This document shows positions 21,021 through 31,260 of a DNA stretch of 64,000 nucleotides, one piece after another (within the stretch, counting starts at the first letter, position 1; every line of letters starts with the position of its first letter). Source of the DNA: Amphiscolops sp. MND2022. Its lineage: Eukaryota. The stretch lies in contig OZ076411.1 of NCBI GenBank assembly GCA_964187785.1, forward strand, positions 54,250,001-54,314,000, in the 5' to 3' direction. Position numbers and translations under genes: made by a program. Below the pieces are notes generated by a model. That model was not told where the DNA came from, searched no databases, and was given only the letters and a program-made list of their open reading frames with translations.

Positions 21021-23419
21021 TTAAGTAAGAGAAATTTCACTAAAGAGTAAACGTTTTTTGTAAACTTTATGGTGGGGTAATGGAGCATTTCGATTACTGT
21101 TGTTATTTGAGGTACTAGGAGCATTTTCATTGACAGTAGTCGGAGCATTTCCAGAACTGTTATTGCCATTGTTAATTTGTAAAAAGGTATTTAATGTACT
21201 AGGAGCATTTCCTGTTTGATTTAATACATTTGAGTCAGCTCTTTGTCTTTCATTAAGAGTAGAACCAATCGCAATCGGATTGTTCAAGAGATGTACTTGA
21301 GGATACAAAAGAGTCGGATTTTCTTCGTACATTGGTGCAGCTATAGGTCTATTGCCTGCAGGGTTCTGCGAGAAACCATTTGAAATCCTTTTATTTTCCT
21401 CATTTTCGTACATTGGAGTCTGAAGTGAGAGAACAAATAAATTAAAAGTTGCGCCTACATAGTTCTGACAAAACCAAAAGTGGCACCAGAAACTTTTCGA
21501 ATTTCAAGTCCTCGGAGGACGATGACAACAACATCAATAACGAACTTTACCAAAAGGAAACAAGCAAAAAAGTTTCCTAAACATTGGATAATATATCCCA
21601 ATTCGCCAAAAGTTTCCTTGAATTTATCGACGAAAAAAGAAGGCGTCAACAAGTGATCCAACAGAAGTCTATCATTTAGACTCAAAAGACGTTCCAAGTT
21701 TCCCGATTCGGAAATTCGAACTGAGTTACCTCGAGTCAAAATAGTCCGAGTAAGCTTCTTCAATAATGTATCAGAAGCAGAGTTGTGGATTACATTATCC
21801 CAAAAATTTTTCATTTGATTTGGGGTGTACATTCCAGCACGCTTGGTGTCGAAAGTTGGAAACTGAGTAATATGTCCAAGTTCAGTTGGCTTGAACAACA
21901 AAGGTTTATTGAAAGGCATGGGCTCAGGTAAAAGTTGGTACCAGGAATTGTCATTTTCGAGATCAAGTTGAAACACATTTGTGTAATCTCCCAAACAGGG
22001 TATCTCGGATGCAAAATCATAAGTCTGACGGGTGATAGGATCTACAAATTTCGTAGACCGTTCAAACATGATCGGGATTCGATCATAACATTTATCAAGC
22101 ACTTTCAAGGGCGACAAAAACTTCGGACAATGGTACAACCATGCGACACTTCCATCGGTGTCAAGGAACATAGACCTGTTTCCAGTTAACATGTAACCGG
22201 CAAGTCTTGTGTTTTGCATTGCTAACATTAAAATAGTTAACATTTGAGTTCGTTCGAGTTCGCATTGACTCTGCAGAAGTGTCATTTCAGAATGCCTCAA
22301 TTGCTTCGCATTGAAGTACATTATATAGTCTAACTTTGTTCCCAAGTGCAATTCATAATCAATTTCATCCGCGCCGACGGTATGCCAAGGCTGTGCACCA
22401 ATCCATTGGCCATTTGATTTGCTGAAAGATAATGACGAATAAGAGACCTGGCTAGAGTTGTCAATGGAAAATTGGTAGGCGTTAAAAGCATGTTCTTTAG
22501 TTCGTAGTTCTCCACCTGGCATTGCGAAACCTCCTTGGTAAGTCACGAATAGACTCTCAAAATTTGTTTTGAACAATCGTTCAGGTTTCCCACATAGCTC
22601 ATAGCTTTCAGGGAAGACTTTTATTTTGAGGTTCATTCCTCTGCCAGTCACATTATATTCGCTGATTAGGAAAAATTGGTTTTCGTTTCTGTTCGTTGAC
22701 AATGGATACTTAAGCATTTTTGCTTCCTGAGTGAGGATTTTTGTCATCACGCAGTTTTCGGGAGTATCCCACGTGTAAGCGAATGGGTCTAAAGTAGTGG
22801 TCTCGCAACCACCCTCCATTAAAAGACATGGCAATTTTTGTTTATTTGGATTGGAAACCTCTTTGGTTCCGTAATCGAATGTCAAATTCACACGTTGCAT
22901 GAACGTCTCGAAGGTATAGTGCTGTACTTGACCACTTGAGCAATGAATGGTTGTGCGGACAGATTGTCCATCATTGAAATTCGATTGTTTCTTTGTATCG
23001 AATTCAATTGGGGCATCGAAGTTTTCGCTAAAAGACGAAATTTTAATTTTGTTCGTCTTTGATGCCTGTCGGCACATTTCAGGGGTAACGATGAGGTCAT
23101 ACGTTATACTATTTTGAGTATGAACGTAGGACGAATGCGAAAACATTCCACAGTTGTAGCGGAAGACATGGGCCTTGACAGAACACATTGTTGCTGCCAG
23201 GTCAGTCCGGTAGTTCTTCTGATAAAGTGTGATAGTAGCCGGCGTGACATACAAGTTTTCTGGTGTAATCTTGCATTCTGCTACCTTATTCAGGGAGTAC
23301 ATTCGATTGTCTTGCATTTTTGTGCAATCATAATGAGATACAAACAAGTTCTTTGACACATTGTCAAAGTCATCACTTGCACAAGAAAAAGGAAAAAGGA
23401 AAAGAATAAAGTAAAACAT
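21021..23419 (-). pseudogene. env: env-like glycoprotein (chuvirus G / herpes gB-type, class III fusogen-like); about 799 aa when a 1-nt deletion near 21456 is repaired
   Basis: Signal-peptide-like MFYFILFLFPFSCA; Cys-rich ectodomain with YDC, CGMFSH, QCELER, WLYHC and CYDRIP motifs; C-terminal hydrophobic anchor. ORFs 21455..23419 and 21021..21413 join as RTM-L-GATFNLFVLSLQTPMYE if one base is restored. Confidence 0.8.
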
Positions 23420-23530
23420 CTTGTATAAATAGAGATAGAAACAGTAGAAAGTTATACAAATGCGCTTTGCATAGAATTTGTTTGGAATGATTTGGCGAGA
23501 GAGAGTAGAAAAAGAGAAATGATAATAATA

Positions 23531-26500
23531 TTAGAAATAAGGCTTTCCGTACCACTCTCTAGGAAGGTTTCGTAACGTTCCAGTGTTTCTTGAGCGTGGA
23601 GCAGCGGCAGTGCTATTTGAAGGAATATTGTTTGGGTTAGTACTAAAAGTGCGAGGCAAAGGACTAGGTGTGATTGGCTGACTGGTTATTGCTGGCGATT
23701 CTCTTTGAAATGAAATAGGGGTTTGAGGAGATGACTGCGGGATGCCAGAGTCGGGGGAGCTCGCTAAGAAATTCGGTGTCGAATGAGCAGAGCCGCATTT
23801 AGCAGGCGAACTATAAGTCGTGTTCATCCTGGATGGACCAGGAGCGTCGGGAAAAATAGGTAAGTATTCTTGTACGTGCTGTCGTTCAGCAAGCGTTTCA
23901 ATTGGTTTGTTCAATTCGGAGAGTCGATTCTTTGCATACTCGTTGTAAAAACGTTCGGTTCTGTCGTCGTTGACAGGCTTTTCGTAATTGGACAATAAAG
24001 TCGGTAAATCATTGTCACGAGGGAAGACTTCAACGAGATGATTACGATGAACGACTTGAATCCTCGTTGGATCCGAATCGAGCGCGACTTGGTAGTTCAC
24101 TTTCGTGATCACTTTAGTCACAGTGTACGGTCCACTTCGGAGCTCGCACAACTTTTGTGATTTCCCGAATGGGACTTGATGATTTTCGAGTAGTACTTTT
24201 TGTCCAATTCGTAATGGTTTAGCGAGTTTGTACTTGTTTCGGTACGGCAGAGATCGATGATTCGCTTTACGAACTTTGGTATATACTTTTCTGTATATGT
24301 TTTTGAATTGTGTTTCTCTGTGTAACAAATCCAACGAACACTTTGACGTCAGTAAGGAGTCAATGCAAGAATGATTCGTGTCTTTATTCATGTGTGAATG
24401 GTCAGGTAAAGACTGACAGAATTCGGATTGACACAAATCATTGTCGTCTCTTACGAGACCTAGTTTCAACGAAATCGGAATTTGTGGTTCAAATCCGAAA
24501 GCAACTTCATAGGGAGTTGCTCCTGTACTGGCGTTCACTGAAGTGTTATGAGCAAAGGCGAATTGAGGAGCCAGCTTGGCCCAATTATTTCCTGCTTCGG
24601 AAAGATAGCATCGAAAGTATCGACTGAGGTGTTTGTTTTGGATTTCAACCTTGCCGTTAGTCCAAGGGGACCATTTAGTTTTTGGGGCATGCGTTATGCC
24701 TAAATCCAAGAGAAAGGTTGAGAAATCAGTGCTCATGAACGACGTAACTCTATCATATACAAGTTTTTGAGGAATACCAAATGAAGTAATGAAAGAAGTC
24801 ATGGCTTCAATAGTATTACTTGCATCAGTCGACTTGACTGGGTAAACTTGTATGAATCGTGAGAATGCGTCAATCACAACTAAACAGTGATGTTTTCCGT
24901 CACTCATGGGATTCAAAGGTCCTTTGTGGTCGATGTGAACAGTGTGGAAGGGATAAGGAATTTCTTCTCCCCATTTTTCGTTGGGAGCGGTGTTTTGATC
25001 CTTTCTGATTTGTTTATTTTTTCGGCAGATCAGGCAGCTCTTCGTTAGAGTCCTTACCCATTTGTACATACCAGGCCAATAGAAAAATCTTTTCAGAGAC
25101 GAAAGTGTCTTTTCACATCCTGGATGTCCTGAAAGCCGATGATCGTGTGCAACATTGAAAGCTTCAATGAAACAGTTGCGGGGCAGACATATTTGTCGTG
25201 ATGAATGCTTGCTAGTTTTACAAACAAGGTGTGTTTCTTCGTCAATGAACAATTTTTCAAATTGATTTGAATAACCGAGTAATCCTTTGCATTGTCAGGA
25301 CTCAACATCTTTTGACGGCACTTTGCCTTTAATTATCCATGATTTAACAGTGTTCAGGCTGGGTCATCCTGTTGGTTTGCCAAAATATTGTTTAAATCTA
25401 GATTATCGGTAACGAGTTTCAATGGTTGTAGTGAGTCTTGAATGGTGAAAATGGAGAGGATGAAAGGAACATCTTCTTTAGATGCATTTACAACCTCTGT
25501 GTTCAATAGAGGATCTTCGTCAGAAGCCTCATTGTCACTATTGTCAGTTTCGGAGTCAATTTCGGAATAATGATTTTCCTGAACTTCGGCTTCCACTACC
25601 ATTGGTGGGGTTTGCCATTTACGTCGAATGTTGATGTCCTTACCTTCACGGAAGGAGTCAGAAACATCAAAGAGCGCTTTCGGAGAGTTTGGATCGTATA
25701 CCGTACAAATAAGATCTGTACCATCATTTTTCAGGTGAAGTTTCTTGGTTTCACCCAGGTGAGTGCAAACAATTGGGTAAAAATCATCATTGGCGCTTTC
25801 AGCAGGGCTGTTGTGGTCTATCAGATACTGAACTTCGTGTCCACTTTGCTGAAGAACTTTATATCTTTTGGAATTTCTTTGTGAAGTAATTGGTGACCGT
25901 TGAGATCTTTCAACGACACATTCCTGCTCAGCAAATCTGGAAACGCTAAATTCTTTCCAGGGGTCCAAATGATTTGCAAATTAGTGAACTGAGTGATAAT
26001 CACTTGGTAGCGGAAGAATCTATGAGATAATCTTCCTCTGCGTGCCCATAGATACAGGAGGGGCTTGTGATCACAGAATACCTTGATGGGATGCCGAGAT
26101 CCAATTATGAAATGCTCATACGTTTGTAGAGCAGAAATGATTCCACACAGTTCTCGATGTAGCGTTGACATCTTTTGTTCATCCTTTGTAAAGACTCGCG
26201 AATTGAAGGAAACTATACGTTTCCCGGAAGGAAAATCTTGAATTAAGATTGATCCCGTACCAATACTGGAGGAGTCGACATGGATGTGGAACGGATACTT
26301 TGGGTTTGGTACAGCTAAGATGGTTTCTTCGCTGATTCTATTTTTTATGTCTTGGAACAAGTTCTCATGCTCTTTTGTCCATTTGAATGGAGTGTCATCT
26401 CTCAGAAGTTCGTAGAAAGGTTTCGAATCTACATGTAGATTTTTGATGAAGGTGCTGTAGAAACCTAAACTTCCTAAGATGCGCATTACATCTCTTTTGT

Positions 26501-28472
26501 TCTCAGGGCTTTTCAGGTTTTTCAAATCTTGTACCTTTTTGGCTACTGGCTGGATTCCTTTGTCGGAAACAATGTGTCCAAGAAACTGAACTTTCCTCAA
26601 GAACAGTTTTGTTTTGCTCGGTGCAGCTTTCAGACCTGATGATCTCAAGCACTTGAAGTATGAATCCAAATTATTCCACATTTCTTGTTTGGTTTTTGCC
26701 TGTAAGATAACATCATCAATATATGTTATCACTTGTTTCTTGGCTATCATTTCAGCGAAATGAATAGTCATTATCCGGCTGAAGAAGTTTGGTAGTCCGC
26801 AAAGACCATAGAATCCTCGTTCGAACATGTACTGTTTTCCACCAACAATAAAGCTTGTCAACTTCTTCGTATCCTCGGTGAGGGGTACTTGGTTATAGGC
26901 GGAAGCTAAATCACTCGTTGTGTAATAAACTCCATCAAGTCGTGTCAGTAACATTTGTACTGGTTCAAGGGGCCATGAGTAGTTAGTCAAGTCAGTGATT
27001 GAGTTAAGATAACGTGCGTCAATCACAAGCTTCACGGTATCTCCTTTTGGTAAAATGATGATAGGGTTTGTGAATAGGGAACCCATTTCCACATCATTTC
27101 CCATTTCTCGAATGATTCCAGCTCGTTGCAGTTCATTCAGAAGAATTTCAAGTCGGTCTCTGTAGTGCAGAGGGACTTTTGAGGGCTTTTGTTTTCGTAA
27201 TTCGGCGTTTTTCTTCAATTGTACATGAAATGCTTGTGTGATTTTTCCAACGTCATAAGTAAATTTTGAAAACACGTCATTGTTTTCAACTAAAACTCGG
27301 AGAAGATGTTGTAATTCACGGTCATTTATATCAGATTCAGAAAAGTCGAACTTTTCTAAAAAGTTGCGTTCGGCGGGACTAAACTCGGCGTAAAATTCAT
27401 CGTCGAGTTGTTTCCTTTTAATATCGGAAGCAATTTTGGGCATTTTCGGTTGTAATGATTTCACCTCATTGGAGAAATCAGTAGCCAATTCATTTTGCGA
27501 AATAGCGCTTTCGGCCATTTGTTTCCGTGAATCAATTTCCGCTAAGGAATAAATATACGGTTCGGTCGAACAAACGTGTAAATCCTTGTTCCATTGAGAC
27601 TCAGAAGTTTTGAGATACTCAATGAAAGCGACATTGTCAACGACACTCATCAATTGCGAGGTCTCTTGGACGCTGTCGAGCAATGTGTATCCAAGAATTC
27701 CTTTACGAATAGTAATACTATTCGGGTTCGGATTGTTCAGCATTAAAGGATATTTCGACTCGTCTTGTGAGCAATACACGTGATACGTGTAAATGCCAGT
27801 ATCTAAAATGTCTTGGTGTAAACGGAAACTTGTTCCCTGTTTGAACAAATGTTTATCTTCATCTCTAGCAATTAAACTCAAAACTCGGGTCGAATACGGT
27901 GCAATTGTAATGTCTTGAGTCAATTCTACTGAATTAACCTGGGAGAAGTAGGGAAAAGGCTTGTCTAAATAAGGTGACAGTTTAACACATTTGCCGGGGA
28001 AGACCGTTAAAATTAGCATTGGATTTCTCAAGGTAATGAATTCACCAAAATTTGCCAAAAAATCCATTCCAAGAATGTTCATTCTCGCCTCGGGGGAATC
28101 AGACACATAAACAGTGTGTTCGATCACACAAGAATATTCTACGTCAAACGCAGACTGAATAATAGTTTTCCCTTTCATGGGCATTGCGTGTCCATTAGCA
28201 GCTAAAGGCGATTTCTCGAGAGGCGTTACAACTAAAGGCTGAATTTTGTTAATCTCAGTGAATGTCTCAAGGTTGATAATGGAGCACGTTGCGCCAGTAT
28301 CTATGAGAAATTGGGTGCTAAGGCCATTATTTTTATTTTTGTCTCCGACGGCGTATTGAAATAATTCTATATAAAACTGTTGGCCGGACGTTCCAGCAGT
28401 TGGAATGTGAGGGGTTTCATTTGATTCCTCACTTTGTTGGTTCGGAGACTTGATTAGTTTAAAGGATTGCAT
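23531..28472 (-). pseudogene. pol: Gypsy pol (aspartic protease, RT, RNase H, integrase), disrupted
   Basis: Protease FLIDTGAT; RT YIDD; RNase H VDSS...ELCG...CDH; integrase H-H-C-C (HDHRLSGH...CLIC), D-D-E core (HIDHKG, VYDR, NGKVE) and GPY. Lesions: frameshifts near 25855 and 25360, TGA at 25295-25297. Confidence 0.95.
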
Positions 28473-29557
28473 GACTGCAGAGTGTCATACAAAGAATTCA
28501 CCTTGTCAGGCCTTGCTTCGAACCGAACAGCTCCAGAGTAGCTGTTACTTCTGCTTCGATAGCCATTTGAAACATAAGGACTATTACTTCTGCCTCTTTG
28601 GTCGTTGGACCGATTGTCCGATTGTGATGTGTTATTATTCGGAGACTTGGGTCGACTTGGATAGTTTTGCGCATATGTTTCTTTTGGTTGGGGAGGAGGT
28701 TTTTCCTCGTTTTCTTTCTTCTTTTTCAATGTCCAACAGTACTTGATTGTGTGTCCGGATTTTTTGCAATAGTTGCAAAATCTAGTAAAGTCTTGTTTCA
28801 TTTTTGGGTTGTTCGGGTCATAGGTAGCATTGATTTGATGATTTTTCACCATGTTGGTGATTTCATTCAATGTTTTCTCTATGTTAGTGAAACGGGCGTC
28901 CATTGTCCCTGTTGAAGTTTGGGAACTTGAAGGTTGCAAGCCGGACATTTCGGCACTCACAACTAAACTCATATCTTTATTTATGATAAGAGTCTGTAAA
29001 GCGTCCCATGATTTGTTGGGATCTTCAATCATTGCTTGATGGGCTTTCTGTTTAAGACCCGGGGGCATTAAGCCTCTTATGAAGTAGTCTTTGTACTTCC
29101 CAATTCTCTGATTTTCGCATGCTGTGATAGCCTCTTGATTCGCATTTGACGGTGTTGGCCAGCCTTTGTCTACCAACGTTTTTATTCTGTGGATGTAACT
29201 TTTTATATTTTCATCAGGCTGTCTTTTCAGATTCTCGGCCTAAATTCGGAATCTATATTGCATTTTTCCGTCCGTGAACCTGTTTATGAACTGTGTTTTC
29301 ATTTCTTCCCATGTTAACGCAGCGTCTAGTGAATCAAACCACTCAGCCGCAGGTCCGCGTAGGACTGATCCAAAAAGTGCTTTTCTACGGTCGTCATAAA
29401 CGGTTTGTTGGCCGTTCTCATTTGCCGTAGGTCTACTTCCTAGCGAGAAGCTGATTTTCTTTTCTAACAAACGAATAAAGGCAGTTGGATCTTCACTTGA
29501 GTCAATTCCAATGAATTTTTCTAATGCTAAGTCAGGGTACGCTACAGTGTTTGCCAT
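28454..29557 (-). pseudogene. gag: Gypsy gag with one in-frame TAG (29240-29242) and a CCHC zinc knuckle
   Basis: Retrotrans_gag-like LRGPAAEWF...TWEEMKTQFINRF; knuckle CNYCKKSGHTIKYC (CX2CX4HX4C); ORFs 29240..29557 and 28454..29176 are in the same frame across the stop. Confidence 0.9.
28457..28463 (-). promoter_or_regulatory. -1 programmed ribosomal frameshift heptamer U UUA AAC at the gag/pol overlap
   Basis: Gag ends CCT TTA AAC TAA; X XXY YYZ heptamer in the gag frame, with the pol ORF open in the -1 frame (F-K-L-I-K-S-P). Confidence 0.8.
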
Positions 29558-30199
29558 TTGTCTATTTAATCACGTTTATTTTGCTCCTTTTTTTCACAAT
29601 TTACAATTTTTGTTATTATTTCTGGCAATAACAGACTGGTTTTTTGTGTAGAAGTTTCTTTGCTCCAATACACATATAGAAATTGTTCACAAAGGAATCT
29701 CTTTGATCCTTTCGCAAATATATATTTTTGGAGTTTTGTTGCTCCTTTGAAACGGACAGTTTCTGCGTATTTAAGCCTTAACACGGAATGCTAGATTCCA
29801 AGGCAGCAGGCGAGGTGAAATATGGACTTTCCAATTTCTTGCGAAACCTCGCTGGGATCGTGCAATTTAAGGAACACTCGTGTGTCAGAAATAAATTTCG
29901 TCCACGGAACCCGCACACGCTAATACCGAAGCTAGCGTTAGTGGATACTGTTTAGACTCAGTACCAAGAGTATGAATTTTGTTTAGTATCTGCTTTAGAT
30001 TACTAAATGTTGCAAAAATTGAAATTTTGTTTAGTATCTGCTTTAGATACTAAGTGTTGCAAAAACAAGAATTTGAATTTTCTCAAAAATATTTGCTTTA
30101 AATATTTCAGTTTTGCAAAATAGGACCCACCACAGGGAAAAGAGATTTATTTTGTACGCTCGGTTTTATGGTCGTACAAATTGCGGAGTGATTTTGTTC

Positions 30200-30217
30200 T
30201 TTGCTCTGGTCGCACCA
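30200..30217 (-). promoter_or_regulatory. Primer-binding-site-like sequence TGGTGCGACCAGAGC 2 nt after the 5' LTR
   Basis: Begins with TGG (complement of tRNA CCA) directly downstream of the LTR end ...ACAACA-TC; cognate tRNA not identified. Confidence 0.7.
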
Positions 30218-30219
30218 GA

Positions 30220-30724
30220 TGTTGTAAACCGGTGATTTTAGTTACTTAGGACTCGCTTTCTAACTTTGCAATAAGTCTCAAAAAATTGTTATAAAGTGAA
30301 GGTAAATTAGAAGTGGGGTGTTTATAAGATAGAATAAATTTCTAAGTCGAGCATTTCAGACTTTAGAATATTTCTAAGTTAAAATTCAGGACTCTTTGTC
30401 AGCTGAATTTAAGGGAGAGTTTCAAGTCAGAGAGCAAAGTAAGGAAAGAAAGAGAAGAGAAGAGAGCGAGTGAATTCTCAGTGTTCCGCGTTGGAATGGG
30501 TACCTGTATTTCTCTTTCCAGCTCAGGACAGTTCTACTGTCGCGTGGCTTTTTCCTATTGGCTGAGCATTAAAGGAATTTGGGAATTGCAATTTCCTTTT
30601 AGCGCGTTGCTATTCGCTTAGAAATTAAAATGCTCTAATAATTCCGCTTTGGAAATTATTATGTCTCTGAGTCAATTTCCTCTGTTGGGAAAATGAACTA
30701 AATTAGAAATAGCGCATTGCTACA
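30220..30724 (-). repeat. 5' LTR of the Gypsy element (505 bp)
   Basis: Near-identical to 18497-18999; TG...CA ends; flanked by the CATG TSD. Confidence 0.95.
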
Positions 30725-30767
30725 CATGCAAGAAACCAAAAGATTTTTTGCACGTTTGCAAGCATAA

Positions 30768-31260
30768 ACAATACGGGAATGTCGGCGCTATATCTAAGTC
30801 TCAAAAAGGGCAAAGTTTTTGAAATTGTAAAAGAGGGACCTTTTGGGCTCTTTGAAAATCCAGTTTGTTTGCAAAATATGAAAAGAATTGAACGTAAAAT
30901 GAGAACTGTGAACAGTCTCATAGAGCCGAAAAATGTAAAAGAGGGATCTTTTGGGCTTTTTCAACATCCATTCAGTTGCAAAATATCAAAAAATTGAAGG
31001 AGGACCCTTTGGAGACATTAAAAGATTTTTGGAGAGAGTCTCACAAAGCCGAAAGGGACGGGGAAAGTCTCATTGTGCCAAAAAAATGGAAAGGGGGACC
31101 CTTCTGCTTTGCATTTGTTTTGTCTTTCATATTAGAGGCTTTGGATGTACTTTTGGTAATAAGTACTTTTGGTAAAAGAGCACAGTGTACATACAGGGTG
31201 AGAAAAAACTAGCCACTGTAGTAGTCGGGCACTTTTCACTAGGAAAGCGCCGACTAAGAA
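30768..31260 (-). mobile_element. HINE family A copy
   Basis: GTCGGCGCTATATCTAAGTCTCAAAAA at the left end; AGTCGGGCACTTTTC...GAAAGCGCCGACTAAG at the right end. Confidence 0.65.

Larger units (their letters stand above)
18497..30724 (-). mobile_element. Full-length env-bearing Ty3/Gypsy LTR retroelement (endogenous retrovirus-like), 12,228 bp, gag-pol-env-ORF4
   Basis: Paired TG...CA LTRs; 4-bp TSD CATG at 18493-18496 and 30725-30728; PBS-like and PPT-like tracts; pol order PR-RT-RH-IN (Gypsy type). Confidence 0.95.

Noticed and set aside
29566-29784. 72-aa ORF just upstream of gag as a regulatory uORF
   Set aside because: Non-ATG start and no supporting features; expected by chance in a 650-nt leader.
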